64,000 nt of DNA from Spirochaetia bacterium (GCA_965203905.1 CBDBDQ010000005.1:1472001-1536000), one strand, 5' to 3'. Counted from the first letter of the stretch, positions 38,710 to 48,757 are shown. Notes: generated by a model not told the origin, from the sequence alone. Program-made: numbers and translations.

Positions 38710-41160
38710 GTGGCTGAGCTCACGGGAAAGGTGATCGAGCGGCCCATCGAGACGGAGGTACGCGAGTCGTACCTGACCTACGCCATGTCGGTCATCGTCA
38801 GCCGGGCGCTGCCCGACGCACGCGACGGCCTCAAACCGGTGCACCGGCGGCTGCTGTACGCCATGGACGACATGGGCCTGCAGCCGAACCGGCCCTACCG
38901 CAAGACCGCGCGCCTGGTGGGGGACGTGCTGGGCAAGTACCACCCCCACGGCGACCAGGCCCTGTACGACGCCCTGGTGCGGCTGGCACAGGACTTCTCG
39001 ATGCGCTACCCGATGGTGGACGGCCAGGGCAACTTCGGCTCGGTGGACGGCGACCCGCCGGCGGCGATGCGCTACACCGAGGCGCGGCTGGCACCGGTGT
39101 CGGAGGCGATGCTGCGCGACATCGGCAAGGACACCGTCGACTTCGTCCCCAACTACGACGACTCGCTCACCGAGCCGTCGGTGCTGCCGGCGGCGTTCCC
39201 CTACCTGCTGGCCAACGGGGCCAGCGGCATCGCCGTCGGCATGGCCACCAACATCCCGCCGCACAACGTGGTGGAGGTGGCGCGCGCCACCCTGGCGCTG
39301 ATCGCCGACCGCAGGCTCACAAACCACGACCTGATGAAGCACGTCATGGCGCCCGATTTCCCCACCGGCGGCATCATCTTCGGCCGCAAGGGGATCGAGG
39401 ACGCCTACACCACCGGCAAGGGCAAGATCGTGGTGCGCGCACGGGTGGCGATCGAGTCGGTGAGCGGCGGCCGCGAGGCGATCATCGTCAGCGAGCTGCC
39501 CTACCAGGTGAACAAGGCCAACCTGATCATCCGCATCGCCGACCTGGTGAAGGAAAAGCGCCTGGACGGGATCGCCGACCTGCGCGACGAGTCGGACCGG
39601 CGCGGCATGCGCATCGTGATCGAGATCAAGCGCGGCATCGATCCCAAGATCGTGCTCAACCGGCTGTTTAACCTGACCCAGCTCCAGGACCCGTTCCACG
39701 TCAACGCGCTGGCGCTGGTGGGCGGCAAGCCGCAGGTGCTGACCCTGCGCGACATGCTGTGGCAGTTCATCCAGCACCGCAGGAAGGTGGTGACCCGGCG
39801 CGCCCGCTTCGACCTGAAGAAGGCCGAGCAGCGCGCCCACATCCTGGAGGGGCTGAAGATCGCCCTCGACAACATCGACGAGGTGGTGCGCATCATCCGC
39901 GCCAGCCGCACGGTGGAGATCGCCCGAAACGGCCTGCGCCAGCGCTTCGAGCTGTCGGTGGCACAGGCGCAGGCGATCCTCGACATGCGCCTGCAGCGCC
40001 TCACCAGCCTGGAAACGCACAAGGTGGAGGAAGAGCTGGCCCAGGTGCGCAAGCTGATCGGCGAGCTGCGCGAGCTGCTGGCGAGCGAGCAGAAGATCCT
40101 GGACGTGGTGAAGAAGGAGACCTCCGAGATCGCCAGGCGCTACGGCGACGACCGCCGTACCGAGATCGTCGAGACCGAGGTCGGGGAATTCAACTACGAG
40201 GACCTGATCGAGGAAGAGGACATGGTGGTGGTGATCTCCAACCGCGGCATCATCAAGCGCATTCCCGCCTCCAGCTACCGGCGCCAGATGCGCGGCGGCA
40301 AGGGCGCGGGCAGCCGCCTGCGCGGCACCGACTTCATCACCCAGATCTTCATCGGCTCCACCCACGACCACGTGCTGTTCATCACCGACGCCGGCCGCGC
40401 CTACTGGCTGAAGGTGCACGAGCTGCCGGACCGCACCCGGCAGACGGTGGGCCAGGACATTCGCGCGCTGCTGCAGATGGAGGACGACGAGGAGGTAACC
40501 GCAATCGTCTCCCTGAGCAAGTTCTCTCGCGAGGACTACCTGTTCATGGCCACCGAGCGCGGGGTGGTCAAGAAGGTGCGCACCAGCGACTTCAGCAACG
40601 CCAAGCGGCGCGGCGTGGTGGCGATCAACCTCGACCCCGGCGAGAACGGCAACGGCCCCGGCGATCACCTGGTCGCCGCGATGCTCACCGACGGCAAGCG
40701 CGACGTGGTGTTGATGGCGGCTTCCGGCAAGGCGCTGCGCTTCGCGGAATCGGAAGTGCGTCCCATGGGGCGCGCCACGCGCGGCGTGCGGGGCATGAAA
40801 TTGTTGCCGGGCGACCGGATCGTGGGCGCGGCCGCCAACGACGACCACCGGCGCATCTTCATCATCAGCGAAGGCGGCTACGGCAAGTACATGGCGTTCG
40901 ACGAGTTGACGCCGCACGGACGGGGCACCATGGGCCAGTTCTGCTACCGCCAGCAGGAGAAGAACGGGCCGGTGGTGCACATGATCGGCAGCTATCCGAA
41001 TGACGACCTGGTGTGCATCACCACCCAGGGACAGGCGGTCAAGCTGTCGCAGCAGGATGTACGCCAGACCGGGCGCAGCGCGGCGGTGGGCGTGCGGATC
41101 GTGCGCCTGCGCGCTGGGGACAGCGTGGTCGGCGTGGCGCGCGTGGCCAAGGAAGAGTAA
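38710..41160 (+). CDS. gyrA: DNA gyrase subunit A
   Basis: [22 protein letters not shown], GyrA-box QMRGGKG, CTD blades. Confidence 0.98.
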   Translation: MAELTGKVIERPIETEVRESYLTYAMSVIVSRALPDARDGLKPVHRRLLYAMDDMGLQPNRPYRKTARLVGDVLGKYHPHGDQALYDALVRLAQDFSMRYPMVDGQGNFGSVDGDPPAAMRYTEARLAPVSEAMLRDIGKDTVDFVPNYDDSLTEPSVLPAAFPYLLANGASGIAVGMATNIPPHNVVEVARATLALIADRRLTNHDLMKHVMAPDFPTGGIIFGRKGIEDAYTTGKGKIVVRARVAIESVSGGREAIIVSELPYQVNKANLIIRIADLVKEKRLDGIADLRDESDRRGMRIVIEIKRGIDPKIVLNRLFNLTQLQDPFHVNALALVGGKPQVLTLRDMLWQFIQHRRKVVTRRARFDLKKAEQRAHILEGLKIALDNIDEVVRIIRASRTVEIARNGLRQRFELSVAQAQAILDMRLQRLTSLETHKVEEELAQVRKLIGELRELLASEQKILDVVKKETSEIARRYGDDRRTEIVETEVGEFNYEDLIEEEDMVVVISNRGIIKRIPASSYRRQMRGGKGAGSRLRGTDFITQIFIGSTHDHVLFITDAGRAYWLKVHELPDRTRQTVGQDIRALLQMEDDEEVTAIVSLSKFSREDYLFMATERGVVKKVRTSDFSNAKRRGVVAINLDPGENGNGPGDHLVAAMLTDGKRDVVLMAASGKALRFAESEVRPMGRATRGVRGMKLLPGDRIVGAAANDDHRRIFIISEGGYGKYMAFDELTPHGRGTMGQFCYRQQEKNGPVVHMIGSYPNDDLVCITTQGQAVKLSQQDVRQTGRSAAVGVRIVRLRAGDSVVGVARVAKEE

Positions 41161-41417
41161 AGACGCCGGCCGCGTATGTAGAGCGTAATTATTTATATAG
41201 TAAATAAATATATGCTCAGATAGGGGCTTCGTCGCCTCGGCATCAGCTGGGTCTGTTTGCGGCGGTACGACTACGGGGCAAATTTCCGCCTTCAAGATGG
41301 AAGAGATGTGCCCGCCACACGCGCACGAATTCGTGGATGTTTACGTTGCGACAGGTTTGTCAGTAGAAGGGACGAAAATCCAACGTCAATTGCGAAGTGT
41401 TTAGGATTGAGGAGGGG

Positions 41418-41982
41418 TCAGTTTAGCAGCAGTGCAGCGACAACAGTCACCACTACAGCCCAAACCAGGCCTAAGATGAACCGTCTGGTTCCCTTCCTTC
41501 TCTCGTTCTCTTTGAACGCCAAGTCGGGTACGTGCCTATCGAGATCTTCCACGTCGGCCTTAAGAGCCTGAAACAGGCGGAGGATCTTTTCGAGGTCGAG
41601 GAGGTCGTCGGAACGGCCGTCTTGTAGTAGGGCAGATGCCTCCTCCACTCGTTCCCGTATTTGTGGAATGTTTCGCACCACATCTATGATCGCGATGCCC
41701 CTGTACTCCCATTGGAAACGGTTGATGGTGTCGATGACGAAGATTAGGCCCGCTTCCGCAACGTCGTAGATTGCTCGTTCGCAGTGGTCCTTCGCGCGGA
41801 AGACATGGTGTTTATTTGAAACCGTCCCAGTCTCGTCGATTGCTTGCAGGATATGGAAACCAGCATAACGCAACTCGTTTATGCTCGGGATTGTTACCTC
41901 TCCCGTCAGACGCTCCACTTCTTTCAAAAGGTTCCGCATGCGCGTACAGGTCCCTGACTTGGTGAAGATCGTCAGACTGCAT
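41418..41982 (-). pseudogene. Helical protein with NELRYAG.H motif and C-terminal TM; apparent frameshift near 41930 (intact ORF 41418-41939)
   Basis: ATG at 41982 reads MQSDDLHQVRDLYAHAE and joins LLKEVERLTGEVTIPSINELRYAGFH only after a frame change; lower GC than flanks. Confidence 0.6.
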
Positions 41983-42007
41983 AAGTTGCTGGAAGTAGCG
42001 CGTTCTG

Positions 42008-42238
42008 TTAGTTGGGTTTACGGTTTCGGCTGGTCAAGATTCGTTTGCGACTGGCTTCAATATCCTCTTGAGTGGTATACTGGCCACGGTTCAACCGGAC
42101 GTTTCCGCGAGATAGTCGTATTACAATCCTGCGTTTGATGCCTTTACGCTGAGCTTCGTCCGCGTAGCGCGCAAGTGATGGGGGAGTAGGATCAGGAAGC
42201 AGCCCAAACGCTCGCTTGATTTCCTGAATTACGTTCAT
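42008..42238 (-). CDS. Small basic hypothetical protein (76 aa)
   Basis: AGGAG RBS; MNVIQEIKRAF...LSRGNVRLNRGQYTTQEDI; co-directional with the downstream gene. Confidence 0.65.
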   Translation of the reverse strand: MNVIQEIKRAFGLLPDPTPPSLARYADEAQRKGIKRRIVIRLSRGNVRLNRGQYTTQEDIEASRKRILTSRNRKPN

Positions 42239-42542
42239 TTGGGGAATGTGGCTCCTGTATTCAATAGGATAGGGTCCTAAATTTAGCGCCTTTTTCCGAA
42301 TCGGCCAACTGCGTGTCAACCCCTAAGGCCGATTCGTTAAGAAATTTTAACACAGTCGAGGTCTGTAGCGTTGTGGCGGCGGTGCACGAGGTGCCCGTGG
42401 TGTTGCGATTGGGCCGAGTGCTTGAATGGGACGGTATCGTGTAGTACAAGCGTTGATCGGCAAACCGGAGACGCGCCAAGCCGAACAATGTCGCCGGCGC
42501 AGGGTATGGCCACTCGTCTTGGTGGCCTCGCGGACGGAGTGC

Positions 42543-42572
42543 CGTTTCACGGGAAACTTGACGGTGAAACAA
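42543..42572. repeat. Extended parS-like site, copy 1 (30-bp direct repeat)
   Basis: CGTTTCACGGGAAACTTGACGGTGAAACAA; core GTTTCACGGGAAAC is one mismatch from parS GTTTCACGTGAAAC. Confidence 0.85.
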
Positions 42573-42905
42573 AATGGATCAGGCGTCGATGAGGGGATTC
42601 TGGTCGGCATTCTCATCGGCGAAGGACACTTCGGGGGCGACGGCAAGCAGCCGCACGTGACCCTCCGGATGCACGTCGACCACGAGTCGCTGTTTCGCTG
42701 GATCGTCACGCGGTTTGGAGGGCGCCTCTACGGGCCCTACCACCACGGCGGGCGCAACTATTTTCAGTGGATGGCTCGGGGCGCCGTCCTGCGCGAGACG
42801 ATTGTCCCGCTGCTGGACACCTATCTGCACCCGGATCTCGACCGCAGGAGCTACGACCGCTATGTCGCAATGAAGACTCGCTACGGGATCGAGGCGGGCG
42901 GATAG
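42564..42905 (+). CDS. Single-motif LAGLIDADG-fold protein (about 113 aa)
   Basis: LVGILIGEGHF aligns to LAGLIDADG; LFRWIVTRFGGRLY, YFQW and IVPLLDTY match the downstream LAGLIDADG pattern; GTG (or TTG 42558) start lies inside repeat 1. Confidence 0.8.
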   Translation: MKQNGSGVDEGILVGILIGEGHFGGDGKQPHVTLRMHVDHESLFRWIVTRFGGRLYGPYHHGGRNYFQWMARGAVLRETIVPLLDTYLHPDLDRRSYDRYVAMKTRYGIEAGG

Positions 42906-43108
42906 TAGCAGCCGTGGCGCAACACCGGCTGCATTCGAGCGGCGATTGCATCCCGGCTGGCTGCGTTGCTCCGACGCCCTGCCAGCCGGACGCCGTGCCG
43001 CTCTCGGTGCGACGCCAGGTTCCACCCGGCTGCTGACTGCCAGGAGCGGCTGTCGCCATTGGCGACGAAGACCGCACGCGCCATGGTTCGGGAACCGCAA
43101 CGGGGGGA

Positions 43109-43138
43109 CGTTTCACGGGAAACCTGACGGTGAAACAA
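43109..43138. repeat. Extended parS-like site, copy 2
   Basis: CGTTTCACGGGAAACCTGACGGTGAAACAA, 29/30 identical to copy 1, about 70 bp upstream of parA. Confidence 0.85.
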
Positions 43139-43207
43139 CCGCGGCGCATGATGCCAGGTCCCGGAGAGTTTGCGTAAGACGCCGATTCGGGGCTATGTTA
43201 GTACCGC

Positions 43208-43969
43208 ATGGGAGGGACGCGGCGGATCGTATTCGCCAATCAGAAGGGTGGGGTGGGAAAAACCACCACCGCCGTCAATCTCGGCGCCGCGATGGCGGCG
43301 ACCGACAAGCGGGTGCTGCTGGTCGACTTCGATCCGCAGGCAAACTCCTCGACCAGCCTGGGGTGCGACGGCGAGGATGGGGGCATCTACGAGCTGATTA
43401 CCGGCACGCTCGGCCCGGACGAGGTAATTCAGCACACCGCAGTGGCGGGCCTCGACATGGTTCCCTCCAGCATCAACCTGGCCGGAGCCGCCGTCGAACT
43501 GGTAACCGTGGAGCGCCGCGAGTTCTACCTCAGCGATGCGCTGGGTCCGTTGGAGGCGGTGTACGACTACGTGTTCATCGACTGCCCGCCGTCGTTGGGG
43601 ATCCTGACGATGAACGGCCTCGCGGCGGCTTCCCACGTCATCATTCCCCTGCAATGCGAGTATTTTGCGCTGGAAGGGTTGAGCGAGCTACTGAAGACGA
43701 TCCGGCGGGTTCAGGGGACTCTGAACCCCGGGCTCAAGGTCGGCGGGATCCTGTTCACCATGTTCGATGCGCGAACCCGCCTGTCCCAGGAGGTGGTCCG
43801 CGAGGTCACGGAGTTCTTCCGGCACCAGGTGTTCCGTACCATCATTCCGCGCAATGTGCGCCTGGGCGAAGCACCCTCCTACTCGCAGCCGATTCAGCTC
43901 TACGATCCCAAGTGCATCGGAGCACGCAGCTACAACGAGCTCGCCCGCGAGGTATGCCGACATGTCTAA
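43208..43969 (+). CDS. parA: Chromosome partitioning ATPase ParA/Soj
   Basis: NQKGGVGKTTT, DFDPQAN, IDCPPSLG, PLQCEYFALEGL, IPRNVRLGEAPS. Confidence 0.97.
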   Translation: MGGTRRIVFANQKGGVGKTTTAVNLGAAMAATDKRVLLVDFDPQANSSTSLGCDGEDGGIYELITGTLGPDEVIQHTAVAGLDMVPSSINLAGAAVELVTVERREFYLSDALGPLEAVYDYVFIDCPPSLGILTMNGLAAASHVIIPLQCEYFALEGLSELLKTIRRVQGTLNPGLKVGGILFTMFDARTRLSQEVVREVTEFFRHQVFRTIIPRNVRLGEAPSYSQPIQLYDPKCIGARSYNELAREVCRHV

Positions 43970-44858
43970 GAACAAGCGCCGCCCCGCGGCCCGCGGAGGC
44001 CTGGGCCGCGGGCTCGACGCCCTGATGGGAGACCGCCCCGAGTTGGCACCAACCGGCGGCGGGCCGACCGAGATTTCCCTGGACGAAATCGACGTCAGCG
44101 GCAGCCAGCCGCGCCGCCGCTTCGTGGATCAAACGATCGCGGAGCTGGCGCAGTCGATCTCCAGTCACGGCGTGCTGCAGCCGATCCTGGTGGAGCCGGT
44201 GGGCGGCCGTTACCGTATCATCGCGGGCGAGCGCCGGTTCCGCGCCGCCAGGCGCGCCGGCCTGCAGCGCATCCCCGCGCTGATCCGCACTTCCACCGAT
44301 GACGAACGCCTTACCCTGGCGCTGATCGAGAACATCCAGCGCGAGGATCTGACGCCGTTGGAGGAGGCACAGGCCTACCGGCGGCTCATCGACGTGAGCG
44401 GCATCAGCCAGGAGGATCTGGCGGCACGGGTGGGCAAGAACCGTTCCACCATCAGCAACAGCCTGCGCCTGCTCGGGCTTCCGGTGCAGGTGCAGGACGC
44501 GCTCACCGACGGCACCATCTCGGCCGGCCACGCCCGGGCGCTGCTGATGATCCCCGATCCGGACGAGCGGCAACGGCTGTTTGCGCGTATTGCCCAGTAC
44601 TCGGTGCGAGAGGCGGAGGCCTACGCGGCACGACTGCGCGAGCGGGAAGAAAAGAGCAGTCCGGAGCGAAACCCCTCAGGCGGCAAGCCGCAGCACTCTG
44701 CCGATCCCCACCTGCAAGAGCTGGAGCAGCAGCTGATCGACACCCTCGGCACCAAGGTGACGGTGACCGGCAGCCCGCAACGGGGCAAGATAGAGATTTC
44801 ATTCTTCTCCGCCGACGACCTCGACCGCATCGGCCAGGCTCTCCTGGGCGGCGTGTAG
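43962..44858 (+). CDS. parB: Chromosome partitioning protein ParB/Spo0J
   Basis: GLGRGLDAL, QPRRRF, AGERRFRAA, ENIQREDL, HTH, GHARALL. Confidence 0.97.
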   Translation: MSKNKRRPAARGGLGRGLDALMGDRPELAPTGGGPTEISLDEIDVSGSQPRRRFVDQTIAELAQSISSHGVLQPILVEPVGGRYRIIAGERRFRAARRAGLQRIPALIRTSTDDERLTLALIENIQREDLTPLEEAQAYRRLIDVSGISQEDLAARVGKNRSTISNSLRLLGLPVQVQDALTDGTISAGHARALLMIPDPDERQRLFARIAQYSVREAEAYAARLREREEKSSPERNPSGGKPQHSADPHLQELEQQLIDTLGTKVTVTGSPQRGKIEISFFSADDLDRIGQALLGGV

Positions 44859-44883
44859 CCGCCAACTGCCGCGCGAGGAGACC

Positions 44884-46482
44884 GTGAACAAGCCGAACGT
44901 CGTCTACTTTCTGGTCGATGACATGGGCTACGGCGACGTGTCCTGCCTCAACCCACGCGGCAGGATCGCCACGCCTCAGTTCGACCGGCTGGCGCGCGAG
45001 GGGATGGTGTGCCGGGACGCCCATTCCAGCTCCGCGGTCTGCTCCCCATCCCGCTACGGCGTGCTCACCGGCCGCTACAACTGGCGCACGACGCTGCAGA
45101 AGGGCATCGTGGGTCCCTACGGCCCGCCGCTGATCGACCAGCGGCGGCTCACGGTAGGCAGGCTGCTGCAGCGCCACGGTTATCACTGCGCTGCGATCGG
45201 CAAGTGGCATCTCGGGATGGACTGGCCCTTCGCCTCGGAGAAGCGGCCCGGACCGACTTCGGGGTCGGTTGACTGGCCAACCGCGGCGACCGACGATTTT
45301 CTGCCGCCGCACTCCAACGAGCAGCCGGCCGCCACCGAGCTGGAGGCGAACGAGCGGCAGCGCGCGCTGTGGCGAGACTTCTTTTCCCGCAGGATCGCGG
45401 GCGGCCCCACCACCCGCGGGTTCGACTACTACTTCGGCGTCGATGTCCCCAACTGGCCGCCCTACTGCTTTATCGAGAACGACGCCACCGTCGGCACACC
45501 CTCGGAGTTCCTGCCGGAGCGGCTGCTCGGCGACAACCTCGCCAGCCTGCAGGGCCCGGCCATGCCGTACTGGCACTTCGAGCAGCTGCTGCCGACGTTC
45601 GCCCGCGCCGCCGACGGCTACATCGCCCGCCGCGCCGCCGAGCGGCAACCCTTCTTCCTCTACCTGCCGATGACCTCGCCGCACACCCCGCTGTCGGTGA
45701 ACAAGCGCTGGATCGGAGCCAGCGGACTGAACAACCTGTACGCCGATCTGGTGATGGAAACCGACGCCGTGTTCGGACAGGTGCTGGATTCCCTGGAACG
45801 TCACGGCGTCGCCGACAATACCCTGGTCATATTTACCAGCGACAACGGCTGCGCGCCCTACATCGGCGTCGATCAGATGGAGGCGCAGGGCCACCATCCG
45901 AGTGCCGGGTTCCGCGGCTACAAGTCGGACGCCTGGGACGGCGGCCACCGGGTTCCGTTCATCGCGCGCTGGCCGGGCGTGATCGCGCCGGGGAGCAGCA
46001 GCGGCCAATTGGTGTGCCTGACCGATTTGCTGGCCACCTGCGCCGACTTCCTGGACGATCCGCTGCCGGCCACCGCAGGAGAGGACAGCTGTAGCATGCT
46101 GCCGCTGTTCCGGGACGCCGACGAGCCGATCCGCGACCACGTGGTGCACCACTCCATCACCGGCAAGTTTGCCATCCGCGACCGGCGCTGGAAGCTGGTG
46201 CTGTGTCCCGGGTCGGGCGGCTGGACCCTGAACGACGCCGCCGCGGCCGGCGAGGGGTTGCCGCTGGTCCAGCTCTACGACATGCAGCGCGACCCGGCCG
46301 AGCGCCACAATCTGCATGCCGAACGCCCCGCGGTGGTGCGGGAGATGGTGGCGCACTTGAAACGGCTGGTGGCTGCCGGCCGCAGTACGCCGGGTGCGGC
46401 GCAGAGCAACGACGCGGCCGTGGACATCTGGAAGGCGGATACCCTGCCCGGCATCGATCCGGCGCGGTTCGACGACTACTGA
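44884..46482 (+). CDS. Arylsulfatase (Cys-type)
   Basis: DDMGYGD, CSPSRYGVLTGRY, GKWHLG, PHTP, FTSDNG, GGHRVP. Confidence 0.95.
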   Translation: MNKPNVVYFLVDDMGYGDVSCLNPRGRIATPQFDRLAREGMVCRDAHSSSAVCSPSRYGVLTGRYNWRTTLQKGIVGPYGPPLIDQRRLTVGRLLQRHGYHCAAIGKWHLGMDWPFASEKRPGPTSGSVDWPTAATDDFLPPHSNEQPAATELEANERQRALWRDFFSRRIAGGPTTRGFDYYFGVDVPNWPPYCFIENDATVGTPSEFLPERLLGDNLASLQGPAMPYWHFEQLLPTFARAADGYIARRAAERQPFFLYLPMTSPHTPLSVNKRWIGASGLNNLYADLVMETDAVFGQVLDSLERHGVADNTLVIFTSDNGCAPYIGVDQMEAQGHHPSAGFRGYKSDAWDGGHRVPFIARWPGVIAPGSSSGQLVCLTDLLATCADFLDDPLPATAGEDSCSMLPLFRDADEPIRDHVVHHSITGKFAIRDRRWKLVLCPGSGGWTLNDAAAAGEGLPLVQLYDMQRDPAERHNLHAERPAVVREMVAHLKRLVAAGRSTPGAAQSNDAAVDIWKADTLPGIDPARFDDY

Positions 46483-46644
46483 CGCTGGTACGACTCGATC
46501 TTTCGCGGCGAAGGGACCGGCACCGACCGCATCCTCGGCACGCCCCCGCTGGACTACTCCCGGATCGATGCGGCGACCTGGCGCGCGGTACGCGCTACCT
46601 ACTACGGGATGACCTCGTGCCTCGACCACCAGGTCGGGCGCACC
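46483..46644 (+). pseudogene. Short internal fragment of a second sulfatase
   Basis: Manual translation ..IDAATWRAVRATYYGMTSCLDHQVGR, a sulfatase motif with no start or remainder of the gene. Confidence 0.65.
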
Positions 46645-46705
46645 GCCGGCCCGGCACTGGATTCCCAGCCACAGGCCGCAGTAGACGGGTCGCGGTAAAG
46701 GGAAT

Positions 46706-47839
46706 CTACCAGTCGCGCACCGAGCCGTCGTGACCGAGCGGCGTGGCCAGCGTCTTGTCCTGCACCCGGTAGCGCGCCAGCGCGTCCTCGTCGAACTCGA
46801 CCCCGAGCCCGGGTCGGTCGGGGACCAGCAGGTGGCCCTCCTCCAGCACCAGCGGGGCCCTCAGCAGCTCGCTCTTGGGCGGTTCCGACTCGCCGGTGTA
46901 CTCCTGCAGCGCGAAGTTGGGGATGGCGGCGTCCAACTGCACGCAGGCCGCGGTACTGACCGGGCTCAGCGGGTTGTGCGGGATCACCTTCACGTGGCTC
47001 GCCTCCGCCAGGGCGGCTACCTTCTTGCAGCCCGACAGCCCGCCGCACAGGCACAGGTCGGGGCGCACGTAGGCCGCGCCCTTCGCCCGCAGCACCTGCT
47101 GGAACTCGAAGATGGTGGTGAACCGTTCCCCGGTGGCGACCGGTACGTTGCAGCGGGCCTGGATGTCGCCCATCACCTCCGGACTGTCGGGGAGCATCGG
47201 GTCCTCGTAGAAATAGGGGTGGAACTGCTCCAGGCGGCGGCCGAGCCAGATCGACTCGGCAGGATTCATGCGCCGGTGGATCTCGACGCACAGGTCCACC
47301 GCCGGCCCCACCGCTTCGCGCACCGCCCCGACGCGGCGCACCGCCTCGTCGGCCCACTCGCTGTACGATCTCTGGCGCGGAAAGTCAAGCCGGAACGGAT
47401 CGAAGCGTACCGCGGTGAAGCCGGCCGCCACCTTGGCCTGGGCGTCGGCTGCCAGCGCCTCCGCCGTGGCCCCGGCCACGTGCATGTAGCAGCGGATCCG
47501 GTCGCGCGTCCTGCCGCCGAGCAGGTCGTAGATCGGCACGCCGAGGCGTTTGCCCTTGATGTCCCACAGGGCGATGTCGATCGCCGCCAGCGCTCCCTGA
47601 ATCACCGAGCCCATGAAGTGGGACGACCGGTACAGCCACTGGTAGTGGTGCTCGATGCGCGCCGGGTCCTGGCCCACCAGATAGGCGCTCATCACCTCGA
47701 GCATGGTCGCCGTGGGGCGCTGCCACCCGTGCACGCCGCCTTCCCCGATGCCGGCCGTCCCATCTTCGCAGATGACCTTGAGCAACAGCCACCGATCCCA
47801 GAGGATGGGCTCCAGCGTAGCGATCCTGGTTGCTTTCAT
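46706..47839 (-). CDS. Mandelate racemase/galactonate dehydratase-like enolase-superfamily enzyme
   Basis: AIDIALWDIKGK.LGVPIYDLLGG, EIHRR, YEDP, ATGER, VRPD, PHNPLSP. Confidence 0.92.
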   Translation of the reverse strand: MKATRIATLEPILWDRWLLLKVICEDGTAGIGEGGVHGWQRPTATMLEVMSAYLVGQDPARIEHHYQWLYRSSHFMGSVIQGALAAIDIALWDIKGKRLGVPIYDLLGGRTRDRIRCYMHVAGATAEALAADAQAKVAAGFTAVRFDPFRLDFPRQRSYSEWADEAVRRVGAVREAVGPAVDLCVEIHRRMNPAESIWLGRRLEQFHPYFYEDPMLPDSPEVMGDIQARCNVPVATGERFTTIFEFQQVLRAKGAAYVRPDLCLCGGLSGCKKVAALAEASHVKVIPHNPLSPVSTAACVQLDAAIPNFALQEYTGESEPPKSELLRAPLVLEEGHLLVPDRPGLGVEFDEDALARYRVQDKTLATPLGHDGSVRDW

Positions 47840-47979
47840 GACGCTGGCGGAACAGTATTTCACATCGCGCGGTGGACGGACAGTCGCCCGCGCCGGGCCG
47901 GTGCCGGGCCGGACATCGCCGGATACGCCGGACAACAGCCCGGGCGGGCTGATACTTCCCGGCTTTCCCGGAGCGGGAA

Positions 47980-48008
47980 TTGACAACCGGGTGGCGGTCG
48001 TCTATATA
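47980..48008 (+). promoter_or_regulatory. Sigma-70 promoter of the tRNA cluster
   Basis: TTGACA-17 nt-TATATA. Confidence 0.75.
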
Positions 48009-48036
48009 TTGGTTTCTCTGGTAGTGCGCACGCCTC

Positions 48037-48120
48037 GGAGAGGTGTCCGAGTGGTCGAAGGAGGCGGTCTTGAAAACCGTTGAGCGTTTCGCTCCGGGGG
48101 TTCGAATCCCTCCCTCTCCG
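48037..48120 (+). tRNA. tRNA-Ser(TGA)
   Basis: GGAGAGG acceptor, GCGGT-CTTGAAA-ACCGT, GGTTCGAATCC. Confidence 0.96.
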
Positions 48121-48169
48121 CGTCGGGGGTGGCCGGCGCCCATTGAGGTCGGTGCGCCCCGCCATGCCG

Positions 48170-48256
<87 letters not shown>

Positions 48257-48285
48257 AACGGCGCGACCTGGTGTCGCGCCGACTC

Positions 48286-48360
48286 GTGCCCATAGCTCAG
48301 TCTGGATAGAGCGTTAGATTGCGGATCTAGAGGTCGGAGGTTCGAGTCCTCTTGGGCACG
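48286..48360 (+). tRNA. tRNA-Arg(GCG)
   Basis: GTGCCCA acceptor, TTAGA-TTGCGGA-TCTAG anticodon arm, GGTTCGAGTCC. Confidence 0.95.
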
Positions 48361-48403
48361 CAAACCCGGCGGGCAGGCAACCGCGCCTGGGCCGCCGGGG
48401 CAC

Positions 48404-48493
48404 GGAGAGATGCGAGAGCGGTCGAATCGGGCGGACTCGAAATCCGTTGAGCCGCATATGCTGGCTCCGTGGGTTCGAATCCCACTCTCTCCG
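48404..48493 (+). tRNA. tRNA-Ser(CGA)
   Basis: GCGGA-CTCGAAA-TCCGT anticodon arm, long variable arm. Confidence 0.96.
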
Positions 48494-48543
48494 CCTCAGG
48501 GTGGCGGTGCAGTCGGCGCGATGCGCACTACCGCCCGTGCTCG

Positions 48544-48631
48544 GGAGAGATGACCGAGGGGCCGAAGGTGCACGCTTGGAAAGCGTGTGTACTCTTACCG
48601 GGTACCGTGGGTTCGAATCCCACTCTCTCCG
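48544..48631 (+). tRNA. tRNA-Ser(GGA)
   Basis: CACGC-TTGGAAA-GCGTG anticodon arm, long variable arm. Confidence 0.96.
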
Positions 48632-48634
48632 AAA

Positions 48635-48757
48635 GCCCGTCTGGTCCGTCTCCGATCTACGCTATGCCCGTCCGCCCAACCCCGTCAGGACCGGAAGGTA
48701 GCAGCGGTAAGCGATGCGGGCAGGAGCCGTAGCTCGTCGGAGACGGCCGGCCGGGCC
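48635..48757 (+). ncRNA. ffs: Signal recognition particle RNA (small bacterial SRP)
   Basis: Long hairpin with helix-8 motif TCAGGACCGGAAGGTAGCAGC, upstream of dnaX. Confidence 0.93.

Noticed and set aside
42455-42490. GGCAAACC..GACGC..AAGCC resembling a c-di-GMP-I riboswitch start
   Set aside because: The P2 stem with GNRA loop and the P3 receptor cannot be built
42360-43100. Group I intron or intein hosting the LAGLIDADG ORF
   Set aside because: No interrupted host gene or tRNA exons, no intein termini and no recognisable intron core; only generic GC hairpins at 42908-43070
42261-43138. Two minus-strand ORFs beginning MFHRQVSRET
   Set aside because: These are translations of the parS-like repeats (a known artefact), not paralogous proteins
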